This document shows, one piece after another, positions 23,801 through 38,625 of a stretch of 64,000 nt of DNA. The translations under genes were made by a program, and so were the position numbers. The notes under the pieces are model-generated. The model did not search any database, was not told the DNA's origin, and saw only the letters and a list, made by a program, of their open reading frames with translations. The DNA is from Eledone cirrhosa. Taxonomy: Eukaryota. Each line of letters begins with the position of its first letter. The stretch's first letter is position 1. The stretch spans positions 235,848,001 to 235,912,000 of the forward strand of contig OZ024740.1 in assembly GCA_964016885.1 (NCBI GenBank), written 5' to 3'.

Positions 23801-24599
23801 ACTCGCGTATATATTATCATTGTATGACTGCCTTTTCATGCTGGCACAGATTAGATGAGTCATTACAGACTGTGTCTGTAGTACTTACCAGAGCTACTAT
23901 CCTGCTCACCCAGTATGTTTAGATTTGATATGGTTTCTACAGTTGGATGCCCTTCCTAATGCCAACCACTATACAGAGTTTACTGGCAGCATTTTGTTAT
24001 GACACAAGCACCAGAAAGTCTTCTCTACTCATGTTATGATGGCACCAGAACTAGGGAGATTGTTATGCCCTCAGTAGAACTAACAAGTTGTGTTAAAACT
24101 ACATTGCTTCTGTTTGATTGCTATTACTTTACAGAGTGTACTGAGCACAAGTTATTGTGACACCAACATGAGTGAGTTTGCATTTGATATTGCATGTCTA
24201 AAGTGGTGCTCACCACCCTGAATTATTGAAGGACATTGAAGGACACATAACACATGAACATGAGAACAAACAGAAGAAAAAACAGTAACAGATTTACTAG
24301 CATGTGTAGATAAGAGGTGTTAGAGTGTGATGGGAGAGTTGGAGTTCTGGGGTGGTAGAGAGTGAGGCAGGAGAGAGATTGTATTGGAGTGAGCAATAGA
24401 GAATAATAGAGGAATGGCAATAATGGGTGAAAGAAGCTACAGTAAGATGAAAGAAATGATGTGGTGTGGAAAGTAATGGAAGAAATAGTACTCGAGGGAG
24501 TTGAGCATGTGAACCTTTTACTTTCTTCTTCATCCCAAGCTATGTATACCTAATACCTAACTTTTCTTCTAGCTACATGGTATGCTCCTTACTTATCCC

Positions 24600-25660
24600 T
24601 TTCTTGCAGTCTTTCCTTGTTTTTTATCTACATTACTATTCCACCACCATATCACTTTCTATCTTGCTGGGACCTTGCACTAGCTGTACATTTGGTATGT
24701 AGCTTTCAGCAGGTTGTCTTGTGGAAACTTCCAATTTTCCTCCATGTTATATATTTTTATTTCCTCTGTAAGTGTCAAGTAGCACTTCTCTGAATTTGAT
24801 ACTGACTGAAGTCTCCTTTAGCTTCCATATCTTCCTTCTCCAGATTGTCTTTTGTCTCTATGTCTGTCTAGCTCTCACTCTGAATTTACGGATCACTAAT
24901 TTCTATTAGGTGATACATTTTTCATCGTGGAGAGATTTTGTATTCACAACCATCTGTCTATCCCAAATCCTGGTGATAATTACAATTGCTTAGATGATTT
25001 GCATCATAGAACACCAGCATCCTAAATCACTCCTCAATTCTCATACCCTATCCATAAAGTTAAAGTCTGTTCTAAGCCAAAAGCTCATCTGGCTGGTATT
25101 TATCCAAGTTTTTAAGCGACTGAGAGTACAAGACTCTCCCTGGACAGGACGCCTGTCTATTGCAGGTTTAATTTCCCAGCTACTGCTGGTACTCACTCAT
25201 AGCCTTCATGTAAACCAGTTATCTCAACGTTTTCTAACATATCCTTTAAATTCACCTTCCATGATCATTAGGTTATAGAGGTACTCTGTAAGAGGGCCTC
25301 ATAAATATGGTCTTTTTAATTGTATATATTATATACTGCTTGTGATATATATATTTGCAGAGATAATTATCATTGTTGTTTTGTCTATGACTAGCCTAAG
25401 CTTAATTACTTTCATGCATTCTCTGATTACCTCACTTTATCTACTCACATTTCTGCTAAGAATATGAACTCCATTCAACTTACTATTACCTGCCCAAAAG
25501 AATATATACTCTTGTTTCTTGCTGATGATGAATCGAGCTGAGGTTGCCTTTCATCTTGCCTCTTTAATACAACACACATCCACTCTCTTTCACTCCAGCA
25601 TTTTTACAATCACTCCTGACCTACCTTGTGTACACATTAATGCTAGCAGCTCTTAGTGCT
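24600..25660 (-). mobile_element. Old degenerate RTE fragments (endonuclease region)
   Basis: RKIWKLKE and VDVCCIKE-like remnants on the minus strand. Confidence 0.55.
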
Positions 25661-26159
25661 TGATATTACAAAGGGGAAAATTCTACAAGGTCACAGTGAT
25701 TGGAGGGTTAATTATGTCAAAGGTGAATGACCTTCACATGGAGAGTTGTAAACTGTATCTATGTGTTGTGGTACAACTTGGAAACTGAAACCTGACAGGT
25801 TCAAGTATTGAGGGCTACACAAAAGCAATGTTTGGTCCCACCAAGCTAAAGAATCATACAATCATTATCATCTTGCCATCTTCCAGATGTGAATGAATTG
25901 GGTCTTTACAGAACAGATACACTTCCTCTCACATACAGAAGGTAATGTTGCTGAGAAATGGTGGTGGATAGTAGGCAGGTGGGGAAGGTAATGACAATGA
26001 TGTTAGTAGTGAGATATTAATGGTGATGACGATGATGATGATGATGATAATGATGATGATGATATACATATATGCCAGAAATAATCTTCATAGTGAAAGC
26101 TAATTTTATTGACATCTATATCTTAACTATATCTTTATCCCACAACTGTGCACAAACAA

Positions 26160-26909
26160 TCACACACACACATACACACACACACATACACACACACATA
26201 TATATATTTACATATATATATTTACACACACACACATATATATATTTACATATATATATTTACACACACACATATATATATATTTACATATATATATTTA
26301 CACACACACATATATATATATTTACATATATATATTTATATATATATAAATATATATATTTACATATATATATTTACACACATACATATATATATATTTA
26401 CATATATATATTTATATATATATAAATATATATATTTACATATATATATTTACACACACACATATATATATATATTTACATATATATATTTATATATATA
26501 TAAATATATATATTTACATATATATATTTACACACACACATATATATATATTTACATATATATATTTATATATATATATATATATATTTACATATATATA
26601 TTTACACACACACACATATATATATATTTACATATATATATTTATATATATATATATATATATTTACATATATATATTTACACACACACATATATAATTA
26701 TTTACATATATATATTTATATATATATAAATTTACATATATATATATTTACATATATATATTTATATATATATATATATATTTACATATATATATTTACA
26801 CACACACATATATATTTACATATATTTGCATATATATATATATATATAAACATATTTACATACATATATATATAAATATATACATGCATGTACAAACACA
26901 CACACACAC

Positions 26910-26984
<75 letters not shown>

Positions 26985-27369
26985 AAGTTATATCATTATA
27001 TCTAATTTTAAATACAATCATGTGTATATACACATATAATCACATACACAGATACACATATTTATATGTCTTATGTACATCTTTATATCTGACTGCATAA
27101 ATACACACATGCACATATACATTTTCTTACATACATGTAAAATCTTCATCCCAGCTAAGGATTTATCTCTGACTATACATATTGTATTGACAAGCATACT
27201 TTTAAATACACAATTACATACATCTGCATAAGCATATACACACACAGACGTTTGTATATATGTATGTGTGTGAGTGTATGTGTATATATATATATATATC
27301 ATCATCATCATCATCATCATCAACGTTTAACGTCCGTGTTCCACGCTTGCATGGGTTTGGACGGGGGTT

Positions 27370-27418
<49 letters not shown>

Positions 27419-27443
27419 GTGTGTGTGTGTATATATATATATA

Positions 27444-27476
<33 letters not shown>

Positions 27477-27525
27477 GTGTATGTATATATATATATATAT
27501 ATGTGTGTGTATATATATATGTGTG

Positions 27526-27578
<53 letters not shown>

Positions 27579-27587
27579 GTGTGTGTG

Positions 27588-27645
<58 letters not shown>

Positions 27646-27673
27646 TATATATACATATATATGTGTGTATATA

Positions 27674-27749
<76 letters not shown>

Positions 27750-27849
27750 TGTATTAATATGTCTGCGTGTGTACGTGTGTGTTTATGCATACAGTTGTAT
27801 ATGTATGTACTTATGTGACATGTGTATTACATATGTAATATGTGTACTC

Positions 27850-27897
<48 letters not shown>

Positions 27898-27900
27898 GCA
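26160..27900. repeat. Compound (TA)n/(CA)n microsatellite field
   Basis: Recurring TTTACATATATATA / TTTACACACACA units at 26200-26830; (TA)/(TG) mosaic at 27370-27890; RTE-type tail remnant at 27300-27368. Confidence 0.95.
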
Positions 27901-29859
27901 TGTCTGTGTGTGTGTACATCAATGATATATACATTACAAATGTAACATGTACTTATGTCTATAAACATTTGTGTATATATGTGTGTGTGTATACATTAGT
28001 GATGTATACATTACACATGTAATGTGTGTGTGTTTGTGTGTAATAAGATCTGACTAAAGATGAAGGATGACATACACAGATATATTAAAGGCTAATAATA
28101 TTAATAATAATAACAACAATGATAACAACAATGATAACAGTAGTATCAACAATCACAACAGCAGCAGCAGCAGCAGCATTAGTAGTAGTAGTATCAACAA
28201 CAGCAACAACAACAACAGTACTGATATTAATAAGTCTAATTTTACAGTTCTTTGGAAAATTTGATTTTTCATCAGCTTTCAGATTCTGAAAATCTTTGGA
28301 GCAGGCTGAACATGTAGCTTAATCCAATCAAAGCTATAAACCAAGCTAGTTTGTTACTGCTAATCCAATAGAAACTGTACGGCAAGGCAATCTGAATTAT
28401 GGATGGTAATTTTAATCTGGTTTTACTGATTTTCGGCAGTTTTCAGTTGATGTTTTCACTGAGATTGATCAAACTGTAAGGTGGTAGCACCACCACAACC
28501 CCACACCATTGTCACAACACCCACCTCTACCAGCACCACCATAGAACATAACCACCAGTGTAACTGCTACTTCCCCCAGCAAGCCAGCCCTTCGATCAAC
28601 ATCAAAGTCAATCAGAGCATCTTTGTCGAAACATTTCAAGAGATTCTCAAAACATCCAGTTTTCTTTAAAACAATTTTTTTCAAGTATATTCTTTTTTTT
28701 TTTATTTTCTCCAGTGAAATTTCCAAATTAAATTAAGAATTAATGCAGGAGAATAAATGTTTATTTTGTGATTAAAAATCTCATTAAAAGATGAAGATTT
28801 GTAGTTTCTCAGAGTTTATTTATATATTTATTTATAATTTTTAAAAACTTTTTGGTTGAGGCTTTTAGCTTTAGTTTTTGATAAAACAACAGAGAAAAAA
28901 GAAAGAAATCATTCTTAAACATCCATTGACCTTGAAGTAAACCGAATGATCAACTATTTATTACACCACCACTCCCCCATATATATTGCCGGTACAGTGG
29001 ATTTGACAAGCTGATGTTACAGCAAGTGGCTAATAGAATCAGTTAATGCCTGGGAATATAGTAGAGGATCATAAAAAAAAAATTTTTTTCTACTGCAATA
29101 ATGACATATATATATATATATCATCATCATCATCATTGTTTAACGTCCCTCTTCCACGCTAACATGGTTTTATATATATATATAAAGAAATATGTTCATT
29201 TTCATTCTGACAGCAATTGCAAATTTTAATTTCATATCTTCTCACCTTTATGCAGAAAGAACAAGCCATATTTTTTTTTTTCCATACTTAAAAAATACAT
29301 ACAGAACCAAACTTTATATAATGATATAATATATACATATAACAGATTTCTGATGCCATGGTAGTAATTTGATGCTTCAAAGACATCCTGGATCGATAGT
29401 CAAACATAAATGTCAGTTTTATTCATTGGTAGAACTTAACAAAAGAAACAGGTGGAAATATCACAAAAGAATTAAAAAAATAATAATAAATTAAACACAG
29501 TTTACATATACAAGTAATATTTGTATTTGATGTATTACTACCAGGTAATCACAGAATAGCTTTTGAGTTACAGCTAAAGTACAACGATGATGATGCTGAT
29601 GGTGATGACGATAATGATGATGGGGGGAGAGGGGGGTGATGAATATGGTGAGAGGAGAAGATTATGGTTGATGAATTTGACTCAAGTATATTACTAGTAC
29701 TTATTTACTCTGTAATGTCAAATCTCATAGCAATGTTTGAACTTCAGACCACATGACTCTAGAAATTTTTGTTGTTCTTCTTCTAATCATCATCATGATC
29801 ACCACCACCACCACCACCACCACCACCACCACCACCACCACCATCATCATCATCATCGC

Positions 29860-30340
29860 TTCCTCCTCTGCCACTCGCATATTCCTGAGAGGGCCGTGGA
29901 GTTCACAGACACACCTTCCAGGGAGTTCAATTAGAAGCAACCATCTCCAAATGATCCACATATCAATCCTATTTATGAAGATTATGAACAGAAGAGGTGA
30001 CAACATGCATCCCTGGTGGAGTCCAACACCCACGTTGAATGGATTCAACTTAGCACCTTTTATCCAAACACAAACACTAAGGCATTCATACAGGAACTTC
30101 AAGGCAACAAGAAAAGCTCTCTACCAATCCCATACTCATGCACAACAAGTATTTTGGCATGCAGTCATATGTCTTTTTGTGGCCCATGAAACAAGCATAC
30201 ACCTTTCCGCAATATTTCCATGATTTCTCAAAGACTTGCTACAGAGTGAATATTTGGTAGGTTGTGTTATGTCCATTGAAAAAACCACACTGTCCATGAG
30301 TTACTTTGGACTTAACAATATCCCTACATCTCTTTGCCAA
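29860..30340 (-). mobile_element. RTE LINE RT fragment with internal deletion
   Basis: FNVGVGLHQGCMLSPLLFIIF. Confidence 0.7.
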
Positions 30341-31345
30341 CCTTGACATATATATATTTTTTTTTTAAAAGCCCCAAAATATCCAGACATTTATTGATGT
30401 GGCTTGTCTAACAGACAATAATGTCTCAGTTGGAACTTATTCTCTAGTTCATCATCATCATCATCATCATCGTTTAACGTCTAGAACATAGGTTCTTGCA
30501 TAAATAGATACATATAAACACTTTAGAATAAGGTATTTAGTATTGTAGAATGGTGATTTCAAGTGGTTTGTCAAAGTGCTTAAAGTGGAGAGCTGTGATA
30601 AAGATGTCACCGTCATTTGTTATAGAGGTTGTCTACAAGAGAGCCTCATACACACAATCCTAATTATATATCAGCCCTGGTTGTGGTGCATATGCAGAGA
30701 TAACTGCTGTTGCTGCTGTCTTGTCTACAAATAGCCTAAGTGTTCTGACAGGCTGGTATCAGTTTTCAGCATCTGAAATGAAGCCAGCTTGTGTGGTTAT
30801 GCTCAAAGGATTCTCACACATGATCTGTTATATTGGCCTTTTAAATTGATTTGTTACTTATTGCTTCACTCGCCAATGAACCATTAACAATAATTATTAT
30901 CTAATATGATAATTTGGTGTATTGACACTCAAGTTTAGCTGTGTTTGAATATCGGGTTGTCATTTGAATTCAAGAGAATATTATGTTTCATTTCATAGAA
31001 GGCCTTACCTCATGTGAAAGTAATGGCCATGTTTTGTCTCAGTCAGTTGCTAATATCTAAACATGAAATATTAATACTATTTCATAAATGAGCATTCTAA
31101 TTTAAAAACATTAAACATTAATGATAATAATTAATTAATAGTAATCTTTAGCTAGCATTGGTCAAAGTGACGATCAAAGGCTGAGAATTATGTTTATCAT
31201 ATTTGAGCATGTTTCATCCATGTCCAGAGGTGATAAACAGTATAGAGAAATTAAAGGAAATATAGATTTGACCAAAGTGATGCATGAAAGGAAAGAGGAA
31301 ATGGAAGAAAGAAAACACACACACACATGCGCACACGCACGCACA

Positions 31346-31377
<32 letters not shown>

Positions 31378-31618
31378 GAGTGGGGAAATGGACATGTTTT
31401 ATTATTAATGTTATTTCGTCAATGAACATTCTAATTAAAAACATTAAGCAGAAATGATAATTACTTAACATTAAGCATTAGCTAGTGGTGGTGAAAGTCA
31501 TGATCAGAGCCTGACAACTTTGTCTTAGGGTTATATATATATAGTTAAATCTGTATACATGTAGAATATATATATGTGTGTCATCATGTGTGTGTATATA
31601 TATATATATATATGTATG

Positions 31619-31750
<132 letters not shown>

Positions 31751-31754
31751 ATGG

Positions 31755-32083
31755 GGGCACATGGCTTAGTGGTTAGAGCATTGGTCTTGCAATCGAAAGG
31801 TTGTGAGTTCAATTCTCAGACCGGGTGATGTGTTGTTTCCTTGAGCAAGACACTTTATTTCACATTGCTCCAGTTTACTCAGCTGTAGAAATGAGATGAT
31901 AGGGACTGGGGTCCCTATCATTCCACTGCAAAGTGGACGTGTAGGTGCCATGGCAAAAAACCACCCAGCACTCACTGTAAATGAGGTTGGTGTTAGGAAG
32001 GGCATCCAGCTGTAGAAATCAAGCCAGAATCAGTTCCCGTCCCACCCTTGCAAGCAGGGAAAAGTGGGCGTAAAATGAAATGA

Positions 32084-32086
<3 letters not shown>
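31755..32086 (+). mobile_element. Full-length tRNA-derived SINE with RTE tail (type I)
   Basis: A/B boxes, CCTTGAGCAAGACACTT core, GGAAGGGCATCCAG module, tail CCCGTCCCACCCTTGCAAGCAGGGAAAAGTGG...(TGA)n. Confidence 0.9.
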
Positions 32087-32126
<40 letters not shown>

Positions 32127-32129
<3 letters not shown>

Positions 32130-33384
32130 GGTGGGGCATAAAAACTGTTACAAAATAAACTGCAAATAGTTCTTGAAAAAAAAAATTTATTTCAAGATCT
32201 GACTTCAACAAATAGTAAGTAATATACTATTAAACAACTGCACAAAAATTTATTCGAAATGCTTTCCTCTAGCTCTCACTACCACTCGAAGTCTTCTAGG
32301 AAAGTCTTCGATGGCTGCACGAACAGTTTCCATGGGTATTTTCTCCCATACTTTATTCAGTTTTGATTTTAGAGTTTCAATATTTTGGCTAGGAGTAGAG
32401 CAGGCTTCACTCTCAAGAATTGACCATAAAGAAAAATCAAGAGGGTTGAGATCTGGTGATGTGGGAGGCCACTCGTCCTTACTGATCCATGCAGGACAAT
32501 GGTCTCTACACCACTGTTGTTACATGAGCAGTGTGGCTCGGCACTCAATCTTGTTGGAGAGTCCAAATGTCATCGCCATAAACAGATGTGCACCATGGCA
32601 TCAGTGCTCCTTCCAAAATATCCTTCATGTAAAGTTCTTTGTTAATTTTAACTCCTTGAGGCACAAAAATCAGAGGAGACTTCCCTCTTTCAGAAATGGC
32701 TGCCAAAACCATCACTGATGCTGGTTTCTGTGTTCTGAACACTTTTCCTACACTTGAAGGAATTGATTTGAGACTTTTTGCAAGTATTCCATCATCTTGA
32801 TGATTGTGAGACTGCTGCACAGTGAATAACTTCTCATCTGTAAAGATGATGTTTTGCAGTGTGCCATCCTTGATACGGTTCAATAACAGTTGTGGCTGCA
32901 GAAAGAAGCTGCCTCTTTGGAACTTATAAGGTGACATCCCCAGATCATCTCGACATATCCTCCGCATAGTTCTTGCCGATGTTTCTGTTTCTTCTGCCAT
33001 TTTTCTCATGGACCTTCTTGGATTACGCCTTATTTTTTCCCTCACACTTTTAACGAGTTTTGGTGTTCTTGAGGTGCGAGGGCGTCCGGATCGAGGTCTG
33101 TCTTTGATCAACATTCTATTGATCTTAAGAGTTTTCCCCAGTTTAAATATCTCGAGTGGAGTCAGGCCTCATTCATGCTTCTCTATTATGAACTTTCTTT
33201 TCAATTCTATGGACATTGCAAATTGTTAATGGAGTAATGTAGTTATTATGCATGGATAATATAGTTATAGTGCATGGATATGATACAAATATATTAGTTA
33301 TATTAGCAACATAATGTATTATTAAACATAATGTATTATTAAAAGTGATTTAAAACTTTGTAACAGGAATTATGCCCCACCCTG
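32127..33384 (-). mobile_element. Tc1/mariner-superfamily transposon (maT/DD37D-like), degenerate
   Basis: TIRs CACGGTGGGGCATAAAAACTGTTACAAA / TTTGTAACAGGAATTATGCCCCACCCTG-TA; RSGRPRT, FTDEK, QQD, WPPTSPDLNPLD. Confidence 0.9.
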
Positions 33385-33389
33385 TATAT

Positions 33390-33571
33390 ATATTTATTAA
33401 AATAACAGATTAAAGTTTAAGCAAAGAATCGCTGCTTTCACCCTTAACGGGATCTTCTGAAACTAAAAAAGTCAATCTGCAAATGCGGAGGTAAATATTT
33501 TCAGAAGATCCCGTTAAGGGTGAAAGCAGCGATTCTTTGCTTAAACTTTAATCTGTTATTTTAATAAATAT
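33390..33571. repeat. Perfect 73-bp inverted repeat carrying a hammerhead-like motif
   Basis: Arms 33390-33462 and 33499-33571, 36-nt spacer. Confidence 0.9.
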
Positions 33572-33669
33572 TTGCTCTACGGTTTTTATATATTTGATAT
33601 ATATTTATCCTTATCGAGCCCTCTTTGGATTTTAGTCTTCAAATTTATTATTATTACTATATATATATG

Positions 33670-33711
<42 letters not shown>

Positions 33712-33715
<4 letters not shown>

Positions 33716-33885
33716 ACACTGTAAATGTGGTTGGTGTTAGGAAGGGCATCCAACTGTAGAAAACCCGCCAGACAGTCCTATGCGAGCAAGACAACCACTC
33801 TTGCCTCAAGTGGGAAAACCCCCGTCCAAACCCATGCAAGCGTGGAACACGGACGCTAAACCTGATGATGATGATGATGATGATG
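33712..33885 (+). mobile_element. 3' fragment of the composite RTE/SINE family
   Basis: Reverse complement of 23195-23365; (TGA)n tail. Confidence 0.8.
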
Positions 33886-34054
33886 ATATTTATTAAAATA
33901 ACAGATTATATATATGTAAAAATATATATATATAAATATGTAGATATATATATATATATATCGTTTCTGAATTTGTTTAGCAAAATTCTTTATCTGAAAT
34001 GTGTGTTGAAACCGATATTGTTATGCTTTGGGAGGGTCATGTTGCCAATATTTT

Positions 34055-35100
34055 AGCTAAGTACTTCTCCTGAAGTTGCCTCACAAGGAAGAGGGTATCT
34101 GTGGTACTTTTACCTCGCACAAATCCAAACTGCATTTCATCTAGGTTAACTCAGTCCCTAATCAGCTGTGCAATAACTCTTTCCCTGACCTTCATGACCT
34201 GGTCAACCAACTTAATGCCTCTATAGTTTCCCCTGCCTAATGCATCTCCATTGCCCTTGTAGCAGTTGACAATGATGCTGCTATGCCAGTCATTGGGTAT
34301 GTCACAATTTTGTATTACTTGGTTTATGATACAGGTGTGACCTACCATGCCAGATACTTCAGCATCTCAGCAATTATCCTTGATGGTCCAGCTGATTTGC
34401 CTGTCTTCATATCCTTAATTGCCTTACTTACTACACTGCTGCTGACTTGTATGGCTGATCCCTCTGTTGGGTTAACTTGGGGTAAACTATTTTCTTCCCA
34501 TGCATTTTCTCATTCAGCATTCTTTCTTAATGACACTTCCATGCTACCTTCTTTTCAGCATCAGTGAGAGCAAGTGTACCATTATCATCATGGACACACT
34601 TTTCTGCTATGCAATCCTGAATACATTACGTCTTTTGTCCTCGTGTCACAAACCATGCATAATATTTTGTATTTGTTACTTCCCTCCTTACAAAGTATAT
34701 TTGTAGCTCCCTGGTAATGTTCTCTGCTTCCCCTATTTTGCCATTCTTTCCATACCTGTTTCTTGAACTTAATTGCCTCATTCACCCTACTATTCCATTC
34801 CATCACTAAATCCCTCTCTTTCTACCTGGAGCCCTGCTCCAGTCACAGATTTTGTTTGTGGCCTTCAGCAGATTATCTCTCAGGAATTCCCACTGTTCCT
34901 CTATATTTTATGTCTGTATTTCTTCTTCCTTACTGTCAAAAGCTTCTAGCCTAATACCTCTAAATTTGTTACTGCTTAAGGACTTCTTCATCTTCCATAT
35001 CCTTCAGATGGCTGTCTGACCCTAACTTTTAAGTCACTTACAACTAGGTTATGTTGGGAGGTACGTTCCTCACTACGGAGGGACTTTTGTGTTTTTAATC
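34055..35100 (-). mobile_element. Degenerate RTE LINE fragment
   Basis: DWHSSIIVNCYKGNGDALGRGNYRGIKLVDQVMKV; homologous to 10650-11760. Confidence 0.85.
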
Positions 35101-35135
35101 ATCACTCTATCTCAGGTGAGAATAAAATTTCTCTT

Positions 35136-35197
<62 letters not shown>

Positions 35198-35255
35198 TGC
35201 GTTATGGTCCACCTGGTTCCTTACCACATTTCCTTCGTTATATATATATATATAT

Positions 35256-35570
35256 ATGGTTAGAGCATTGGCCTTGCAATCGAAAGGTTGTGAGTTCAAT
35301 TCTCAGACCGGGTGATGTGTTGTTTCCTTGAGCAAGACACTTTATTTCACATTGCTCCAATTTACTCAGCTGTAGAAATGAGGTGATAACTGGGGTCCCT
35401 ATCATTCCACTGCAAAATGGTCGAGGAGGTGCCACGGCAAAAAAGCACCCAGCATTCACTGTAAATGAGGTTGGTGTTAGGAAGGGCATCCAGCTGTAGA
35501 AATCAAGCCAGAATCAGTTCCCGTCCCACCCTTGTAAGCAGGGAAAAGCAGACGTAAAATAATGATGATG
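35256..35570 (+). mobile_element. tRNA-derived SINE, tail type I
   Basis: Closely matches 31770-32086. Confidence 0.9.
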
Positions 35571-35706
35571 ATATATGTGTGTGTGTATTTGTTATATCAT
35601 GTTGACTACCTAGGGTTGCTTTTGCAATCAATAAATAATGATGTAATTAAGTTCAAGCACTCAACATCATATATACCATTCCAATTTAGATGTGGTAATC
35701 CATGAC

Positions 35707-36066
35707 AAAGTATATGTACAATAATGATAGAAATGTGAAGGCTAGATATTCATAATTCATTTTATTATGAAATTCATTGTAATACGCATTTCTGGGGTGC
35801 TAATAATTACATAATACTGCCATCATGCAAGCACTAACACAACTTCTTCAGACAACATAGTAGGTATACCAGTTCTTCCCTGTGTCAATAGCTTTTATTC
35901 CATTAGAAATATTACATAACAAGTAATTACCTAAGTTGCTGTCTAAAGAAGTCAGGTTAGCAATTGCATGATGGCTGCCTTACATTTAACACCACAAAAA
36001 TACGTATTACAGTGAATTTTGTAATAAAATGAATTATGCTACCATTATTGTGTGCATATTTCTTTA
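35707..36066. repeat. Imperfect ~150-bp inverted repeat (foldback/MITE-like)
   Basis: CATAATTCATTTTATTATGAAATTCATTGTAATACG vs CGTATTACAGTGAATTTTGTAATAAAATGAATTATG; GCCATCATGCAA vs TTGCATGATGGC. Confidence 0.8.
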
Positions 36067-36775
36067 TAGATAAGTGTATCAATGTTCAGGAATAGTTTCA
36101 TTATATACATAGATATGTTTCCATATTCAATATTTCCTAGCTGTGTCTATTTGTCTTGTTAAAAAGCTAGGTGTTCATCTAATTCATATTTACAGATATA
36201 AGATATTCTAAAGTCATCTCAGTCACATTTCTAGCCAATCATATTCCGGCATCGTTGATGTAATTTATTTGAAAGTTCTATATATGTGTTGTACAACCTT
36301 CTCAATAAGGCTTTTTTAAAACAGCAATAATGTATTGAAATGTTTGGAGAAGAGATGAGAAAAACCTGAAAAGAGAGGTAATTTTGGGAAAGAAAAATAT
36401 AGCAATTATCTGTAAAAAGGAAATTCTGACAGTGTTTGTCGTTTCTCTTATTTTTCAATGTTATTTTGGGGGTGGAGGGATGACAAATAAATAATATAGA
36501 AATCAGTTATGAAAATGTGGCAGAAATATCCCCATATATATGACATGTAACCACGGCAATGGTATACCTCTTCATTTTCCAATGAAAGCCTTTTATTAAG
36601 AAAAGATACATATGTGTATGCATGTAGGTGTGTAATATGGGTGTGTGTGTGTGTGTGTGTTTTACAAGCATGAACATGTTCATAACCATCACTGCAACTT
36701 CAAATTCACGGCCACCCTTTATACTCTGCTCACATGTATTGAGTACTTATTTAGTTAATGTTTAACTGTTTTATA

Positions 36776-36832
<57 letters not shown>

Positions 36833-36850
36833 TTATAGATTTATGTTTTA

Positions 36851-36890
<40 letters not shown>

Positions 36891-37329
36891 GAAAGGTATA
36901 GAAATTGTTTTAGTGAGAAGCTAACAGCATTCCATAACATATATGCGACTATGTCGTCAAGATGGGAAAAATAGTTAACGTAAGATGTAGGAAAAATAAT
37001 TCAAACTCATCTCAAAAGCGAATCAGGATACAGGTTAATCCACAGAATTAAATGAAATCCATGGAAAAATCAATAGACCCTTAACTCATGATAAAATAAA
37101 GTTTAAAATACTTATCCCTCAATTTGGAAAAACATCAAATGCTCTGTATAGTCTTAAAGACTATTATACATGTGTGTGTGTGTCCCAGGTTCAATTAGGG
37201 GTAATCACAATTAGTATGATACTCAATACATTAGTAGAATGTAAACATGTTTAATATAGAAATGGCTTTTGAATGAAACAGTTTTAGTTCTGTAGAAGCC
37301 ATTTCTATATTAAACATAATATATATATA

Positions 37330-38625
37330 CAGGGTGCGGACGATATTTGTTCGCAAGATTACTGTCTAGGAAAAAATAACACAGTAGTTTTGTTTTTTAA
37401 GATATATTTATCAAACTTGGGTCAGTTTGTCTTCATGACTTGTTCTTTCGATCTCACTCGATAAACCCACCATTGGCTTTGATGACGGCCTCGGAACCGC
37501 CTACAGGCCTTCGTCACTGTCCCTCGACTTAGGCCCCTAAAGGCACTTGTGATCCTGGCCTTCAGATCGTCTTTCGTATTGCAGCTAGATCTGTTGGTGT
37601 CTCATTCCACTGCGCCCCACACAAAGAAGTCGAGGGGGTTGCAGTCAGGCGAGCTGGGAGGCCAGATGTCGGGGGAAGAGTGGTCGACGAAGTTCTCTGA
37701 CAGCCAGGCTTGGGTCTTTCGGCTGGTATGGCAGGGTGCTGAGTCTTGCTGCCATACGTACGGCCTACCTGCAGCTACCTGGTTGATCCAGGGCTTTACT
37801 ACCTTGCTCAGAATGCGGATGTAGCCATCGGTGTTCAGCTTGAGGCCCTCAGGGAAGAAGTGAGGTGGCATGACGTCACCTTGACTGTTGACGACACCTA
37901 AGACCAATGTTGTCGCTGGAAACTTCGTCTGCATGACTCTGGGCAAGTCTTTGGATGAGACAGTGAGCCACCTGTTGTTCTGGGAGTTGATCTTCTGGTC
38001 TTGGCAGAAGTTTTTCTCGTCGGAGAAAAGCCACAGGATGTCTGGCTCCAGTGGGTATTTCAACTTGTTGATCAACTTCTTTGCGTGCTTCAGTCGCTTT
38101 TCTTGCAACGCCTTTGACAGAAATTGCCCTTTCATCATCTTGTATGAAACGTAGCGAATGTCTTCATGTACCACCAGCCTAATGAGCTTTTCATCCACGC
38201 CTTTCTCCCTTGCAATGGCACGCATCGACTTGCTAGGTTCATTGTTGATGATATCCTGAACTTCAGTGACGAACCCAGGCGTTCTGAAGGCGTCAGATCG
38301 TCGATCATGTGTTTTCCTCTCTGATGTTGCTTCGTAGTCGAATCCTGAATCTTCCAATTCCTTTCTGATCTTTTCCACCATTCTCCTGCTGACGCTGAGA
38401 AAGTGTGAAATTTCCTTATTTGTCCTCCCAGCACGGATTCCAAGAAGAACTCCGTGTCTCTTCCACAAATTTGGAGGTTCAAAATTATTCATAATCAATT
38501 ATTCTGAAAATAAATAATGGAAATATAGTCACTGTTTTTATGAAGACAAGAGTGATAACGGAAGTAAAAAAAATTTGCATAAAATTAGCAGTTGAAAATT
38601 GCGAACAAATATCGTCCACACCCTG
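37330..38625 (-). mobile_element. Full-length maT (DD37D) transposon
   Basis: TA-CAGGGTGCGGACGATATTTGTTCGCAA ... TTGCGAACAAATATCGTCCACACCCTG-TA; FSDEK, QQD-x37-D. Confidence 0.93.
37454..38492 (-). pseudogene. DD37D transposase with premature stop at 37602
   Basis: MNNFEPP...WPPSSPDCNPLDFFVWGAVE*; homology to the second copy continues to GFIE* at 37454. Confidence 0.85.

Noticed and set aside
26072-28022. Long YI/HT/CV-rich ORFs
   Set aside because: Translations of (TA)n/(CA)n microsatellites
28248-28320. Possible terminal exon SLENLIFHQLSDSENLWSRLNM*
   Set aside because: Only an AG and a short frame; no recognisable homology
31755-31830. tRNA gene
   Set aside because: A/B boxes run straight into SINE core; acceptor stem not intact
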